From: Candidatus Buchananbacteria bacterium
GTDB taxonomy: Bacteria > Patescibacteriota > Patescibacteriia > Buchananbacterales > UBA6539
Assembly: GCA_016930315.1 (NCBI GenBank)
Contig: JAFGGX010000018.1
Span: forward strand, 1 to 45,119
Direction of reading: 5' to 3'
DNA length: 45,119 nt
The translations under genes were made by a program, and so were the position numbers. Of the stretch, positions 36,575 through 45,119 are shown piece by piece; the stretch's first letter is position 1; each line of letters starts with the position of its first letter. A model generated the notes under the pieces. That model ran no database searches. It saw only the letters and a program-made list of their open reading frames with translations, and was not told the origin of the DNA.

Positions 36575-37327
36575 ATGGATAATTTGGATCAAAAAGTTAA
36601 ATTAAACAGTAAAAAGATGGTTGTTAGAATCGTAGCAGTTGCTATTTTAGCCATTGTCGTGGTTTTTGGTGTGTTATTTTATTATCAATCTCAAGGTTTA
36701 ATTAAGGTTTTTCCAACGGCTAAAGATTTTGAGATCAGAAAATTAACCAGTATCGATGAAAATAAATTTAGACCGGCTGAAGGCTTGGACATGAAAATCT
36801 TTGATGATAAAATTAGCCAACTTCAAAATCTAAGGTCAGAGATTCTAAAAGACCCAGAAAATCCTTCAAATTGGGATGATTTTGCCCAGATAAAAGAATT
36901 TTTAAATGATCATCAAGGAGCAATCGATGCTTGGGAAATGGCTTATCAGTTGCAGCCATATAATTTTAGAACCACTTATAATTTGGCTAATGTCTATCAA
37001 TATTTTATTAAAGATTATCAAAAAGCAGAAGAATATTATCTTGAAACTCTTGAGCTGCAGCCGGGCTTAACAATCGCTTATCAGGGCTTGATGGATCTGT
37101 ACCGCTATAATTTGCCAGACTCACAGGATAAATATGAGCCAATTGTTTTGCAAGCAATTGAAAAAAACTCAGCCAATAGCGTTGAGTACTATTCGCAATT
37201 AATTAGTTTTTTTGAATCTAAAAACAATCAAGATTTAGACAAGGCTAAAGCCTATTATTCTGAATTAAAAAAGATAGATCCAAAAAAAGCCGCTTCGGTT
37301 TTGGGTAATTATCCTAATTTAAAGTAG
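36575..37327 (+). CDS. Membrane-anchored TPR protein
   Basis: N-terminal TM; TPR-like helices (YNLANVYQYF..DYQKAEEYY..TL.LQP). Confidence 0.75.
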   Translation: MDNLDQKVKLNSKKMVVRIVAVAILAIVVVFGVLFYYQSQGLIKVFPTAKDFEIRKLTSIDENKFRPAEGLDMKIFDDKISQLQNLRSEILKDPENPSNWDDFAQIKEFLNDHQGAIDAWEMAYQLQPYNFRTTYNLANVYQYFIKDYQKAEEYYLETLELQPGLTIAYQGLMDLYRYNLPDSQDKYEPIVLQAIEKNSANSVEYYSQLISFFESKNNQDLDKAKAYYSELKKIDPKKAASVLGNYPNLK

Positions 37328-37333
37328 TTAATT

Positions 37334-39619
37334 ATGACTAGTTATTTGGAAAAAATTAGTCTTTGGATTATTTATATTTGCGTTGGTATTACTCTAGTTG
37401 CAGCTTTGTTGATTGATAATCGATTTTTTTTCCCATTTATTTTTACAAAAGTTTTGGTTTTTCGCTTGGCTGTCGAAATAATGCTTTTAGCTTATCTTTT
37501 TTTGATTTATAGAAATCGTCAATATTTACCTCGGTTTAATTTTTTGTCAGTAGTCCTTTTGTTATTTGTTATTATAGCTTTTTTTTCTTCAGTTTTTGGA
37601 GTTGATTTTCATCTAAGTTTTTGGGGGGATATTGAAAGGGGAGAGGGGCTAATTTTATGGCTTCATTTGCTGGCATATTTTTTTATTTTAAGTTCGGTAT
37701 TTAGAAAAGAAAATTATTGGTTGCCATTTTTTGATTTTTCCTTATTGGTTTCTTTGTTCGTCTCAGCCTTTGCTTTGGCTCAATTATTCGGCGCGGAGTC
37801 AATTTTGAATACCACTGGTAGTCGAGTGGCGTCAACTATTGGCAATCCAGCCTTTTTAGCAGCCTATCTTTTGCTTAATCTTGGCTTGGCTATTTATTTA
37901 TTATTTCGTCGCCATAACATTTATTTAAAAATATACTACAGTATTTTAAGTTTACTTTTTATTTTTATTATGGTTCAAACTCAGACCAGGGGAGCTATCG
38001 TTGGGCTTGCTATTGGTTTGTTTTTGGCGTTGGTTCTTTGGTTGTTTAAGGCTAGCAATAAAAAAGTTAGAATTTGGGCAGGGGGAGGAATCCTAATTAT
38101 TTTGGTTATTAGTTTTTTATTTTATTCCGCTAGAAATAGTAATTTTATAAAAAATAATCAAGCTTTGGCTAGAATCGCTTCTATCTCCTTGCAAGAGCGA
38201 ACCGCAGAAACTAGGCTGGCAACTTGGCAGGCGGCTTGGCAGGGGGTTAAGGAGCGTCCATTTTTTGGCTATGGCTTAGAGAATTTCACTTACGTTTTTG
38301 ATCGACATTTTCCGGCCATTATTTATGAAGATCAGGGTTCACAAGTCTGGTTTGACCGTGCCCATAATATAATCTTTGACCGAGCTATAACAGTTGGAAT
38401 CGCAGGCTTGATTGTCTACCTTCTATTTATTTTTAGTCCGGTTTTTTATTTGAATCGAAAGGAAAAATTTAAAACCAGTATGTCTTTGCCAATTATTATG
38501 GTTGGCTTAATAATTGCTTTTTTTGTTCAAGATTTGTTTGTCTTTGAAGCTGTTACTACCTATATTATGTTATTTTTTGTTTGGTCTTTTATGTCAATTT
38601 TTGCAACTGATTTTAAATTTAAATGGCCGCAGCAGGGTGCGAATCGGATAATTGGTCTATTGCCATTTATCACTTATTTAATCTTTATTTCCCCGTTGAT
38701 TTATTTAGTTAATATCAAACCAGCCCAAGCCAATCTTGATGCCGCTACCGCCATTGTTGATAGTCAAAATGGCACTAATGACTTTTTTAAAGTGGTCGAT
38801 CAATTTAAAAATGTTTTAGCTATTGACACTTACGGCATCCCAGAATATCGTATTCAATTCATTCAGTTTGTCGATCAGAATTTGGCTAATTTAGGGCCGG
38901 TCGCGCTGTCGGTTATTCCGATCCTTAATTATGCCGATCAACAGGTTGATATCCAACTAATCGACCAGCCTAACAATGCTAAAAATTATTTGTTGGCGAT
39001 GAGGCATTATAATTATACTTTTGCTTCTCTACCGGAGCAAAAATTTGATCGTCTACAAAAAGCTTTGAGTTACTTGCCTAAACTAGAAGAATTATCACCT
39101 GATCGACCGCAGGTTTATCAAGAGGCTGGCTATAGTCATTTGTATTTATATCGCAATTATAAAGATCAGAACAATTTGGATCAGGCAGGTCAAGAGGTGG
39201 CTTTAGCTGAGCAATATTTTAATCGAGTCATAGATATTAATCCACAAGTGGTTGAATCTTATTCTAATTTGATTATGTTGTATTTGAATACTAATGATAA
39301 TGAAAAAATTCAAAAAACAGTTGATGAGATGGTTGATTTGGCGCCTAATTATCAAAAACCTTCCTATTTAAATAATTTTATTAATTTATCGGTTGGCAAT
39401 AAAAATTATTATTGGGCTCAGTATTTTGTTGAACGCTGGTTAGAAGTTGATCCAGAAAATTTAGATTTATTTACTCAATTAGCTCTGGCTTACGCCTATC
39501 AGGGTAAAGATCAGCAGGCGATCGATACGGCCAATAAAATTAAGGCTATAAACGGTCAATATTCCGACCAAGCGGATTTATTTATTCAGGATGTCAAGGC
39601 TGGCAAATATAAAAATTAA
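37334..39619 (+). CDS. O-antigen ligase (Wzy_C)-family protein with C-terminal TPR; candidate oligosaccharyltransferase
   Basis: RVASTIGNPAFLA, TQTRGA, R…W..A…..ERPFFGYG, DRAHN motifs; ~12 TM. Confidence 0.85.
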   Translation: MTSYLEKISLWIIYICVGITLVAALLIDNRFFFPFIFTKVLVFRLAVEIMLLAYLFLIYRNRQYLPRFNFLSVVLLLFVIIAFFSSVFGVDFHLSFWGDIERGEGLILWLHLLAYFFILSSVFRKENYWLPFFDFSLLVSLFVSAFALAQLFGAESILNTTGSRVASTIGNPAFLAAYLLLNLGLAIYLLFRRHNIYLKIYYSILSLLFIFIMVQTQTRGAIVGLAIGLFLALVLWLFKASNKKVRIWAGGGILIILVISFLFYSARNSNFIKNNQALARIASISLQERTAETRLATWQAAWQGVKERPFFGYGLENFTYVFDRHFPAIIYEDQGSQVWFDRAHNIIFDRAITVGIAGLIVYLLFIFSPVFYLNRKEKFKTSMSLPIIMVGLIIAFFVQDLFVFEAVTTYIMLFFVWSFMSIFATDFKFKWPQQGANRIIGLLPFITYLIFISPLIYLVNIKPAQANLDAATAIVDSQNGTNDFFKVVDQFKNVLAIDTYGIPEYRIQFIQFVDQNLANLGPVALSVIPILNYADQQVDIQLIDQPNNAKNYLLAMRHYNYTFASLPEQKFDRLQKALSYLPKLEELSPDRPQVYQEAGYSHLYLYRNYKDQNNLDQAGQEVALAEQYFNRVIDINPQVVESYSNLIMLYLNTNDNEKIQKTVDEMVDLAPNYQKPSYLNNFINLSVGNKNYYWAQYFVERWLEVDPENLDLFTQLALAYAYQGKDQQAIDTANKIKAINGQYSDQADLFIQDVKAGKYKN

Positions 39620-41312
39620 TTTAATAGTTTTAGCGGTTATTTTATTATTAGCCGGATTTCTGCGTGGCTATGGCCTGACTAGTCATGATTTATTGACCGA
39701 CGATTCTCTCTATTCATTTCGCGCCCTTGGTTATTTTGATTATTTAGCCGCTGGTGGACAGACTACTCCGATTCAATGGTTTGGTCACATTCCTTGGTGG
39801 GCAAATTTGTCTTTTCATGATGCTCCTCCGTTAGTTTTTATTATTCAAAAAATATTTTTTTTAATTTTTGGGGATAATACTTTAGCGGCTCGGTTACCAT
39901 TTTTTTTCGCTGGCTTAGTCTCGGTGGCTATAATGTATTTTATTTTTTTAGAATTATTCAAAAAAAAGTGGCCCTCATTTTTAGGAGCAACTTTTTTTTC
40001 ATTTCTGGCTAGTAATATTTGGGTTAGTCAGGTGGGCTATTTGGAAGGCTTTGCTATTGTTTTTATTAGTTTATCACTACTATTTTTTATTAAGTTTATT
40101 AATTCTGATAAAAATAGTTGGCTGATGTGGTGTGGGGCTGCGATTGGCTTGGCCTTAATAACTAAATATACAACTCTATTTTTAATTCCCACTTACCTTT
40201 TTTATCTAGTATTTTTTAAAAGAGAAATTTTTAAGCAATCAAGATTTTATTTATCGATATTGATTTCTTTTATCGTCTTTCTGCCAGTTGGTTTTTATAA
40301 TTTGATGGTTTATCAAACTCGGGGCCATTTTGATGCGGCCATCTCTTCGATGGTTGGCATGCATCCACAAGATTTTAGTACTATTTCTGGTCGTAGTATT
40401 AGTATTAATTATTGGTCTAATTTTTCGGCCATTTTTAAAACTTTGGCCAGTCTAGTTTCTTGGCCAATTATGGCTTTATTTGTCCTTTCATTGATTTATG
40501 CTGTTTGGTGTTTGACTAGTAGGAGGAATACTAATTATTTCTTTTTATTTTTTATTGGATTAATTTTTTTAATTTTAGAATTTATTTTTATTGGAGCTAG
40601 TAATCGATTTTTGCCAATTTTTAATTCATTTTTGGTTGGGATTATTTGCTTGGCATTTTTTGATTGTTGGTCATTATTTGCCAGCCATAAAATTAAATCT
40701 TTTATTCTCCTGACTTTGGTCGGTTTGATGCTCGGCTGGGAGCTATTTTATGGAATTAATTTTTTAGCTCAGGGTGGAATCAATAAAAATAGATTTTTTT
40801 ATTCTGTTGGCTTGAGTGAAAAAAGTTTAGGTTTTAATAGGTTGACTGATTATTTTGATAAAAATATTTTGACAGAAGATGATAGATTAGTTAGACCAAA
40901 GAAGCTTTCAGATGTTTCTGATCGTGCTGGAGAATATATAAAAGAAAAGAGAACCATTTTTTTAGTTGATGGCTCAATCAGTTGGTTTGCTTATATGTGG
41001 TATGAGTTGAAATATCCTATTTATTATGGCCTACCATTTGTTTTCATTGATCAGCAGCAGTTTTTCACTCAACAAGATTTTATTCAATATTTAGACAATT
41101 TCGAAAAAATAGGAGCAGAGAATTTTTATTATATTTTTGCTCAAGATAGCTCCTTGGTTGATTCGGTAAAAATAAATAATGGTTCAAGAGAGAATAATCA
41201 AGCGGTTGCCAGTTATCTTAATAATTTTAGCGTCTCTTTTGATGAGATAAAAAACGATCGTGGCTTTGTTGCTTTCAGAATTTATCAATTTAATTTAAAA
41301 ACTATAAATTAG
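39591..41312 (+). CDS. GT-C glycosyltransferase (GT39/ArnT-PMT-like)
   Basis: LTDDSLY, HDAPPL, AARLP, LALITKYT; many TM helices. Confidence 0.8.
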   Translation: MSRLANIKINLIVLAVILLLAGFLRGYGLTSHDLLTDDSLYSFRALGYFDYLAAGGQTTPIQWFGHIPWWANLSFHDAPPLVFIIQKIFFLIFGDNTLAARLPFFFAGLVSVAIMYFIFLELFKKKWPSFLGATFFSFLASNIWVSQVGYLEGFAIVFISLSLLFFIKFINSDKNSWLMWCGAAIGLALITKYTTLFLIPTYLFYLVFFKREIFKQSRFYLSILISFIVFLPVGFYNLMVYQTRGHFDAAISSMVGMHPQDFSTISGRSISINYWSNFSAIFKTLASLVSWPIMALFVLSLIYAVWCLTSRRNTNYFFLFFIGLIFLILEFIFIGASNRFLPIFNSFLVGIICLAFFDCWSLFASHKIKSFILLTLVGLMLGWELFYGINFLAQGGINKNRFFYSVGLSEKSLGFNRLTDYFDKNILTEDDRLVRPKKLSDVSDRAGEYIKEKRTIFLVDGSISWFAYMWYELKYPIYYGLPFVFIDQQQFFTQQDFIQYLDNFEKIGAENFYYIFAQDSSLVDSVKINNGSRENNQAVASYLNNFSVSFDEIKNDRGFVAFRIYQFNLKTIN

Positions 41313-42404
41313 CTTAGTTTTTTCAATCATATTTGTTAGGTCAAATTCTGGAGTCACATCATTTTTAGCTTGGTGGCTTATTTGTTCGGCTAGATTTTTA
41401 TTTCTCATTAGCCAATTGATCGAACGAGCAATGGTTTCTGCGCTTGATGGCTTAATTAATAAGCCGTTTTTTTTGTCTTGAATTGCCTCTGGAACACCGC
41501 CCACATCAGTACTAACAATCGGTAATCCAGCCTGCATTGCCTCTAGAATTGAGTAGGGGAATCCTTCCTTGACCGATGGACAAACATAAATATCCAGTGC
41601 CGGCAAAAATTGCCAGGCATTTTTTGTGTTTTGTAAAAAAATAAAATTATTTTCTAAATCACTATCTTTGATTTTTTGTTTTAAGTTTTTATTGCCAAGT
41701 CCGTCGTTGATGACAATAAAAATTGTATTAGGAAAATCATTTTTAATAATTTTTGCCGCTTCAACTAAATATCTCAAACCCTTGGTTGGATAATCACGAG
41801 CAATTGTGCCAATGATTATTTTGCTTGTTGGTAAATTTAATTTTGCGCGTAGTCGCTCTTTTGACTCAAATGGCAATTGGTTTATTCCGTTGTGAATTAC
41901 GGTCATTTTGTTTTCAGGAATATCAATTTTTATCCCGGCTTGATAATCGTATTCGGAAACACAGATTAATTTGTCTTTAAACTTAGAAGTTAACTTTTCT
42001 AGATAAATGTAAAGATTTTTTTTCCAGTTGGGTAGAGGTTCATTAAAAACAAAACCATGCACAGTATAAATAATTTTTTTTACCCCTAATTTTTTAGCAG
42101 CAATTGAACCAATAATGCCAATTTTAGTACTGTTTAAGTGAACGACATCTGGCTGGAAATTTTTGATGATTTTTTTAATTTCGAAATAAGCTAAAAAATC
42201 TTTAATCGGATTAATTTCTCTGACCAAATTTTTAATTTTGATTGTTTCAATTTTAGCTTGTTGTAATTCGTCAAACATTTCACTAGCCCCACCAGCCCCA
42301 ACTAAAATTTTGTTTTCTGCAGCTAAATTAGTTGCCAAGTCGATGATATATTTTTGAGCGCCGCCTAGCTCCGATTGAGTAACTAAATAGAGGATTTTTT
42401 TCAT
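41295..42404 (-). CDS. GT4 glycosyltransferase
   Basis: GGAQKY, YTVHG, IHNGI, SVKEGFPYSILEAMQAGLPIVSTDVGG. Confidence 0.9.
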   Translation of the reverse strand: MKKILYLVTQSELGGAQKYIIDLATNLAAENKILVGAGGASEMFDELQQAKIETIKIKNLVREINPIKDFLAYFEIKKIIKNFQPDVVHLNSTKIGIIGSIAAKKLGVKKIIYTVHGFVFNEPLPNWKKNLYIYLEKLTSKFKDKLICVSEYDYQAGIKIDIPENKMTVIHNGINQLPFESKERLRAKLNLPTSKIIIGTIARDYPTKGLRYLVEAAKIIKNDFPNTIFIVINDGLGNKNLKQKIKDSDLENNFIFLQNTKNAWQFLPALDIYVCPSVKEGFPYSILEAMQAGLPIVSTDVGGVPEAIQDKKNGLLIKPSSAETIARSINWLMRNKNLAEQISHQAKNDVTPEFDLTNMIEKTKLIYSF

Positions 42405-42532
42405 TAAATTAAAGATTGACTAAATTAAGAATTTATACAATAATAATAGAGTATTATTAGTTATTTTTCAAGCCTAGTCTTGGAAAAGTTTTATATTATT
42501 TTAGCTAAATTTAGCTATTTTACACTTATTTA

Positions 42533-43618
42533 ATGAAAGTTTTAATTTTTTCTTTAGCTTATTTGCCGTTTATTGGTGGAGCAGAAGTGGCAATTAAGGA
42601 AATTACCGATCGAATTGGTGATATTGAGTTTGATTTATTGACTGTTAACCTCGACGGAAAACAAAAAAATCAAGAGCGGATCGGCAATATCAACGTCTAT
42701 CGTTTAGGTAAAAATAAGTTGGCAAAATATTTTTTCCCTTGGACTGCTTATGAAAAGGCCAAAGAATTAAATCAAGAAAAAAAATATGATGCTATCTGGG
42801 CGATGATGGCTAATCAAGCTGGCTTGGCGACTTTATTTTTTAAATGGAAATTTCCGGCTGTAAAATACTTGCTGACTTTACAGGAAGGAGATTCAAACAG
42901 AAGTATTTGGCTTAGGACTTGGTTTATGCGCCCGCTTTACAAAGCAATTTATCGCCAAGCCGATTATATTCAAGCGATCAGTAATTTTTTAGCTCAGCGC
43001 GCCAAGCAGTTGGGTGTTAAATGCCCAGTTGAAGTTGTGCCTAATGGAATTATTTTGCCGGCTGACCAGGTAAGTAGTCAGAAAATAGGTAGTTATGTTA
43101 TTAGTGTTTCTCGTCTGACTAAAAAAAATGGTCTTGAAGATTTAGTTAAAGCAATGCAGTTTGTTCCGGGCAAGCAACTTAAATTGGTTGGCGACGGAGA
43201 GCTTAAAGAAAAGTTAAAGAAGTTAACGGCCAATCTTGGTTTGCAGGATCGGGTTGAGTTCGTTGGCCAGGTAGATTATCGGTTAGTCTATGATTATTTA
43301 AGAAACGCTAGTGTTTTTGTCCGGCCATCTTTGTCGGAAGGTTTAGGCAATGCATTTTTAGAAGCAATGGCGGTTAATACGCCAGTTATTGCTACGCCGG
43401 TTGGCGGTATCCCGGATTTTTTAATTGATGGTCAAACCGGTTGGTTTTGCAAAGTCAGAAATCCAGAAAGCATTGCTAAAAAGATTAACTATATTCTAGA
43501 TCCCCAAAATGCTAATGAAGTTAATCGGGTAGTTGAAGATGCTTATCAAATGGTTCGCCAAAAATATCGGTGGGATTTAATTGCATCACAAATGAAAGAA
43601 ATTTTTAGTCATTTATGA
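42533..43618 (+). CDS. GT4 glycosyltransferase
   Basis: PFIGGAE, VPNG, SLSEGLGNAFLEAMA…VGGIPD. Confidence 0.9.
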   Translation: MKVLIFSLAYLPFIGGAEVAIKEITDRIGDIEFDLLTVNLDGKQKNQERIGNINVYRLGKNKLAKYFFPWTAYEKAKELNQEKKYDAIWAMMANQAGLATLFFKWKFPAVKYLLTLQEGDSNRSIWLRTWFMRPLYKAIYRQADYIQAISNFLAQRAKQLGVKCPVEVVPNGIILPADQVSSQKIGSYVISVSRLTKKNGLEDLVKAMQFVPGKQLKLVGDGELKEKLKKLTANLGLQDRVEFVGQVDYRLVYDYLRNASVFVRPSLSEGLGNAFLEAMAVNTPVIATPVGGIPDFLIDGQTGWFCKVRNPESIAKKINYILDPQNANEVNRVVEDAYQMVRQKYRWDLIASQMKEIFSHL

Positions 43619-44718
43619 AAATTATTATTGCCTCTGGGACATATAAGCCAGAAATTTCCGGTCAGTCGACTTTTATTTCTAATTTAATTTCAGCTTTAAA
43701 AAAAGTTGAGCCAAGTTTTGATGTTAGCGTTGTTACTTATTCGGATTCTAAACCGGCTGAAGCAGAAGATAAAATTTATCGGGTGCCTCGGAATTTATTT
43801 AGGCATTTTAGTTATTTTTTGCAAATTAAAAAATTATTGAATCAAGATTCGATTATTTACGCCCAGGATTTGTTTTCTTCCGGCTTGCCGTCAGCCTTGG
43901 CAAAAATGAAAAAGAAAAAGTTGGTGATTCGTCTTGGCGGTGATTTTCTGTGGGAAAAAATGGTTAACAGCGGCAAAATTAAAGTGCCGCTAAGTCAGTA
44001 CTATCAATTAAAAAAAACTTTTGTCGAAAAATTTTATTTGTTTTTGTATCGTTTTGTTTTAAAACGAGCTGATTTATTAATTTTTAATACTTTGTGGCAA
44101 AAAAATTTTTATCAATCAATTTTTAATTTGTCAGCCGACCACCTGGCAGTAATTGAAAATCCTTTCCCAACGATTGGTTCAGCGGTGATTGATCAAGATC
44201 AGCAATATAATCAGGCGATTGTTTTTGCTGGCCGGTTTATTAAATTAAAAAATTTAACCAGTTTAGTGGATGTTTTTAGAAAAATCAAGACCGATAAAAA
44301 GTTGATATTGATTGGCGAAGGGCCGGAAAAAATTAATTTGCAAAACCGGGCCGCTGGAGACAACCGGATTGAATTTATTGATTCCAAAGGCCGAGAAGAG
44401 CTGCTAAAAATTTTAGCCAGTAGCTATTTGGTGGTGCTTCCATCTTTGTCCGAATTAAATCCAAATCTGGCTATGGAATGTTTGGGCTTAAAAAAGCCAA
44501 TGGTTTTAACCAGTGAAGTTGGTTTTCGTCCAGAGATTAAAAAATCATTTAAATTAGTTGATCCTACAAGTCAAGAGCAAATTAAGCAGGCGATTGAGTT
44601 TTTTTTGGTACCTGATAACTATAATCTTTTTGTGGAAAATTTACAGTCAACAGAAATATCTAAATATAGTTGGGATGACTTAGCTAAAAAACATATTGAT
44701 TTTTTTTCAAATCTATAA
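43615..44718 (+). CDS. GT4 glycosyltransferase
   Basis: FAGRFIKLKN, LPSLSELNPNLAMECL (EX7E). Confidence 0.85.
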   Translation: MKIIIASGTYKPEISGQSTFISNLISALKKVEPSFDVSVVTYSDSKPAEAEDKIYRVPRNLFRHFSYFLQIKKLLNQDSIIYAQDLFSSGLPSALAKMKKKKLVIRLGGDFLWEKMVNSGKIKVPLSQYYQLKKTFVEKFYLFLYRFVLKRADLLIFNTLWQKNFYQSIFNLSADHLAVIENPFPTIGSAVIDQDQQYNQAIVFAGRFIKLKNLTSLVDVFRKIKTDKKLILIGEGPEKINLQNRAAGDNRIEFIDSKGREELLKILASSYLVVLPSLSELNPNLAMECLGLKKPMVLTSEVGFRPEIKKSFKLVDPTSQEQIKQAIEFFLVPDNYNLFVENLQSTEISKYSWDDLAKKHIDFFSNL

Positions 44719-44727
44719 GATTTTGCC

Positions 44728-45119
44728 ATGCATATTGTAAACATTGGTACAGATAAAACTTTAGTTGGCGGGCCAAAACTTGGTGATGCACTGGCCCGGC
44801 ATGCTAGTTATGGTCGGTTTGTTGATCAATTAGATGTTATTGTCTATACAAATAAAAATGAAGGGTTGAAAAAATTTGTGATTTCTGACAACGTTATCGG
44901 CCATCCAACTAATTCATTGGCCAAAATATTTTTTATTTTTGATGCTGTTAAAATTTTTCAAAAAATCAACCAAGAAAAAAAAGTTGATGTGGCAGTCTGT
45001 CAAGATCCGTTTGTGATGGGGCTGGCGGGAGTATTGTTAAAATTTAAATATAAAATAAAATTGCAGGTTAATTTCCATGGTGATTTTTGGCAAAATAAAA
45101 ATTGGCTTAAAGAAAACAA
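44728..45119 (+). CDS. Glycosyltransferase (GT4 N-terminal domain), truncated by the window end
   Basis: Open from ATG 44728: MHIVNIGTDK…RHASYG…CQDPFVMGLAG…QVNFHGDF; not in the ORF track. Confidence 0.75.
   Translation, partial: MHIVNIGTDKTLVGGPKLGDALARHASYGRFVDQLDVIVYTNKNEGLKKFVISDNVIGHPTNSLAKIFFIFDAVKIFQKINQEKKVDVAVCQDPFVMGLAGVLLKFKYKIKLQVNFHGDFWQNKNWLKEN

Noticed and set aside
41295-41312. Convergent 18-bp overlap between the GT39 and the inverted GT4 as an invertible switch
   Set aside because: No flanking inverted repeats or recombinase recognised; short convergent overlaps are ordinary in compact genomes
1-45119. CRISPR array, diversity-generating retroelement, IS transposase, or alternative genetic code 25
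   Set aside because: No regularly spaced repeats, no RT or transposase motifs, no TR/VR pair seen; TGA terminates full-length genes (3519, 4765, 11924)

Overview
This is a 45-kb, AT-rich, densely coding bacterial segment in the standard genetic code (TGA is used as a stop). Gene content and style point to a Patescibacteria/CPR genome (inference): a DUF2339 protein, a PIF1-like helicase, ECF sigma + DUF5667, a degenerate HtrA, YVFPNE-domain surface proteins, and mostly SD-less starts. It contains housekeeping genes (malic enzyme, HU, uppS, rarA, NUDIX, beta-CASP and DEDD nucleases), a TetR-controlled MacAB-like efflux operon with a perfect operator, two ECF sigma/anti-sigma modules whose promoters can be read directly from the sequence, and a large Thr/Ser-rich S-layer-like gene. 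That gene has a ~215-nt multibranched 5' leader and is followed by a TPR protein, an O-antigen-ligase-like protein, a GT39 and GT4 glycosyltransferases. The most unusual signals are: (1) an intact tRNA-Pro(CGG) nested at the tip of a long stem inside a second, degenerate tRNA-Pro whose D and T arms carry hairpin insertions; (2) self-contained orphan 'cassettes' (sigma70 promoter, boxA-like motif, strong SD, CGCGG terminator), one bracketed by duplicated terminators; (3) a shared N-terminal putative surface-anchoring domain in two otherwise unrelated secreted proteins. No CRISPR array, integrase, transposase or reverse transcriptase was recognised.
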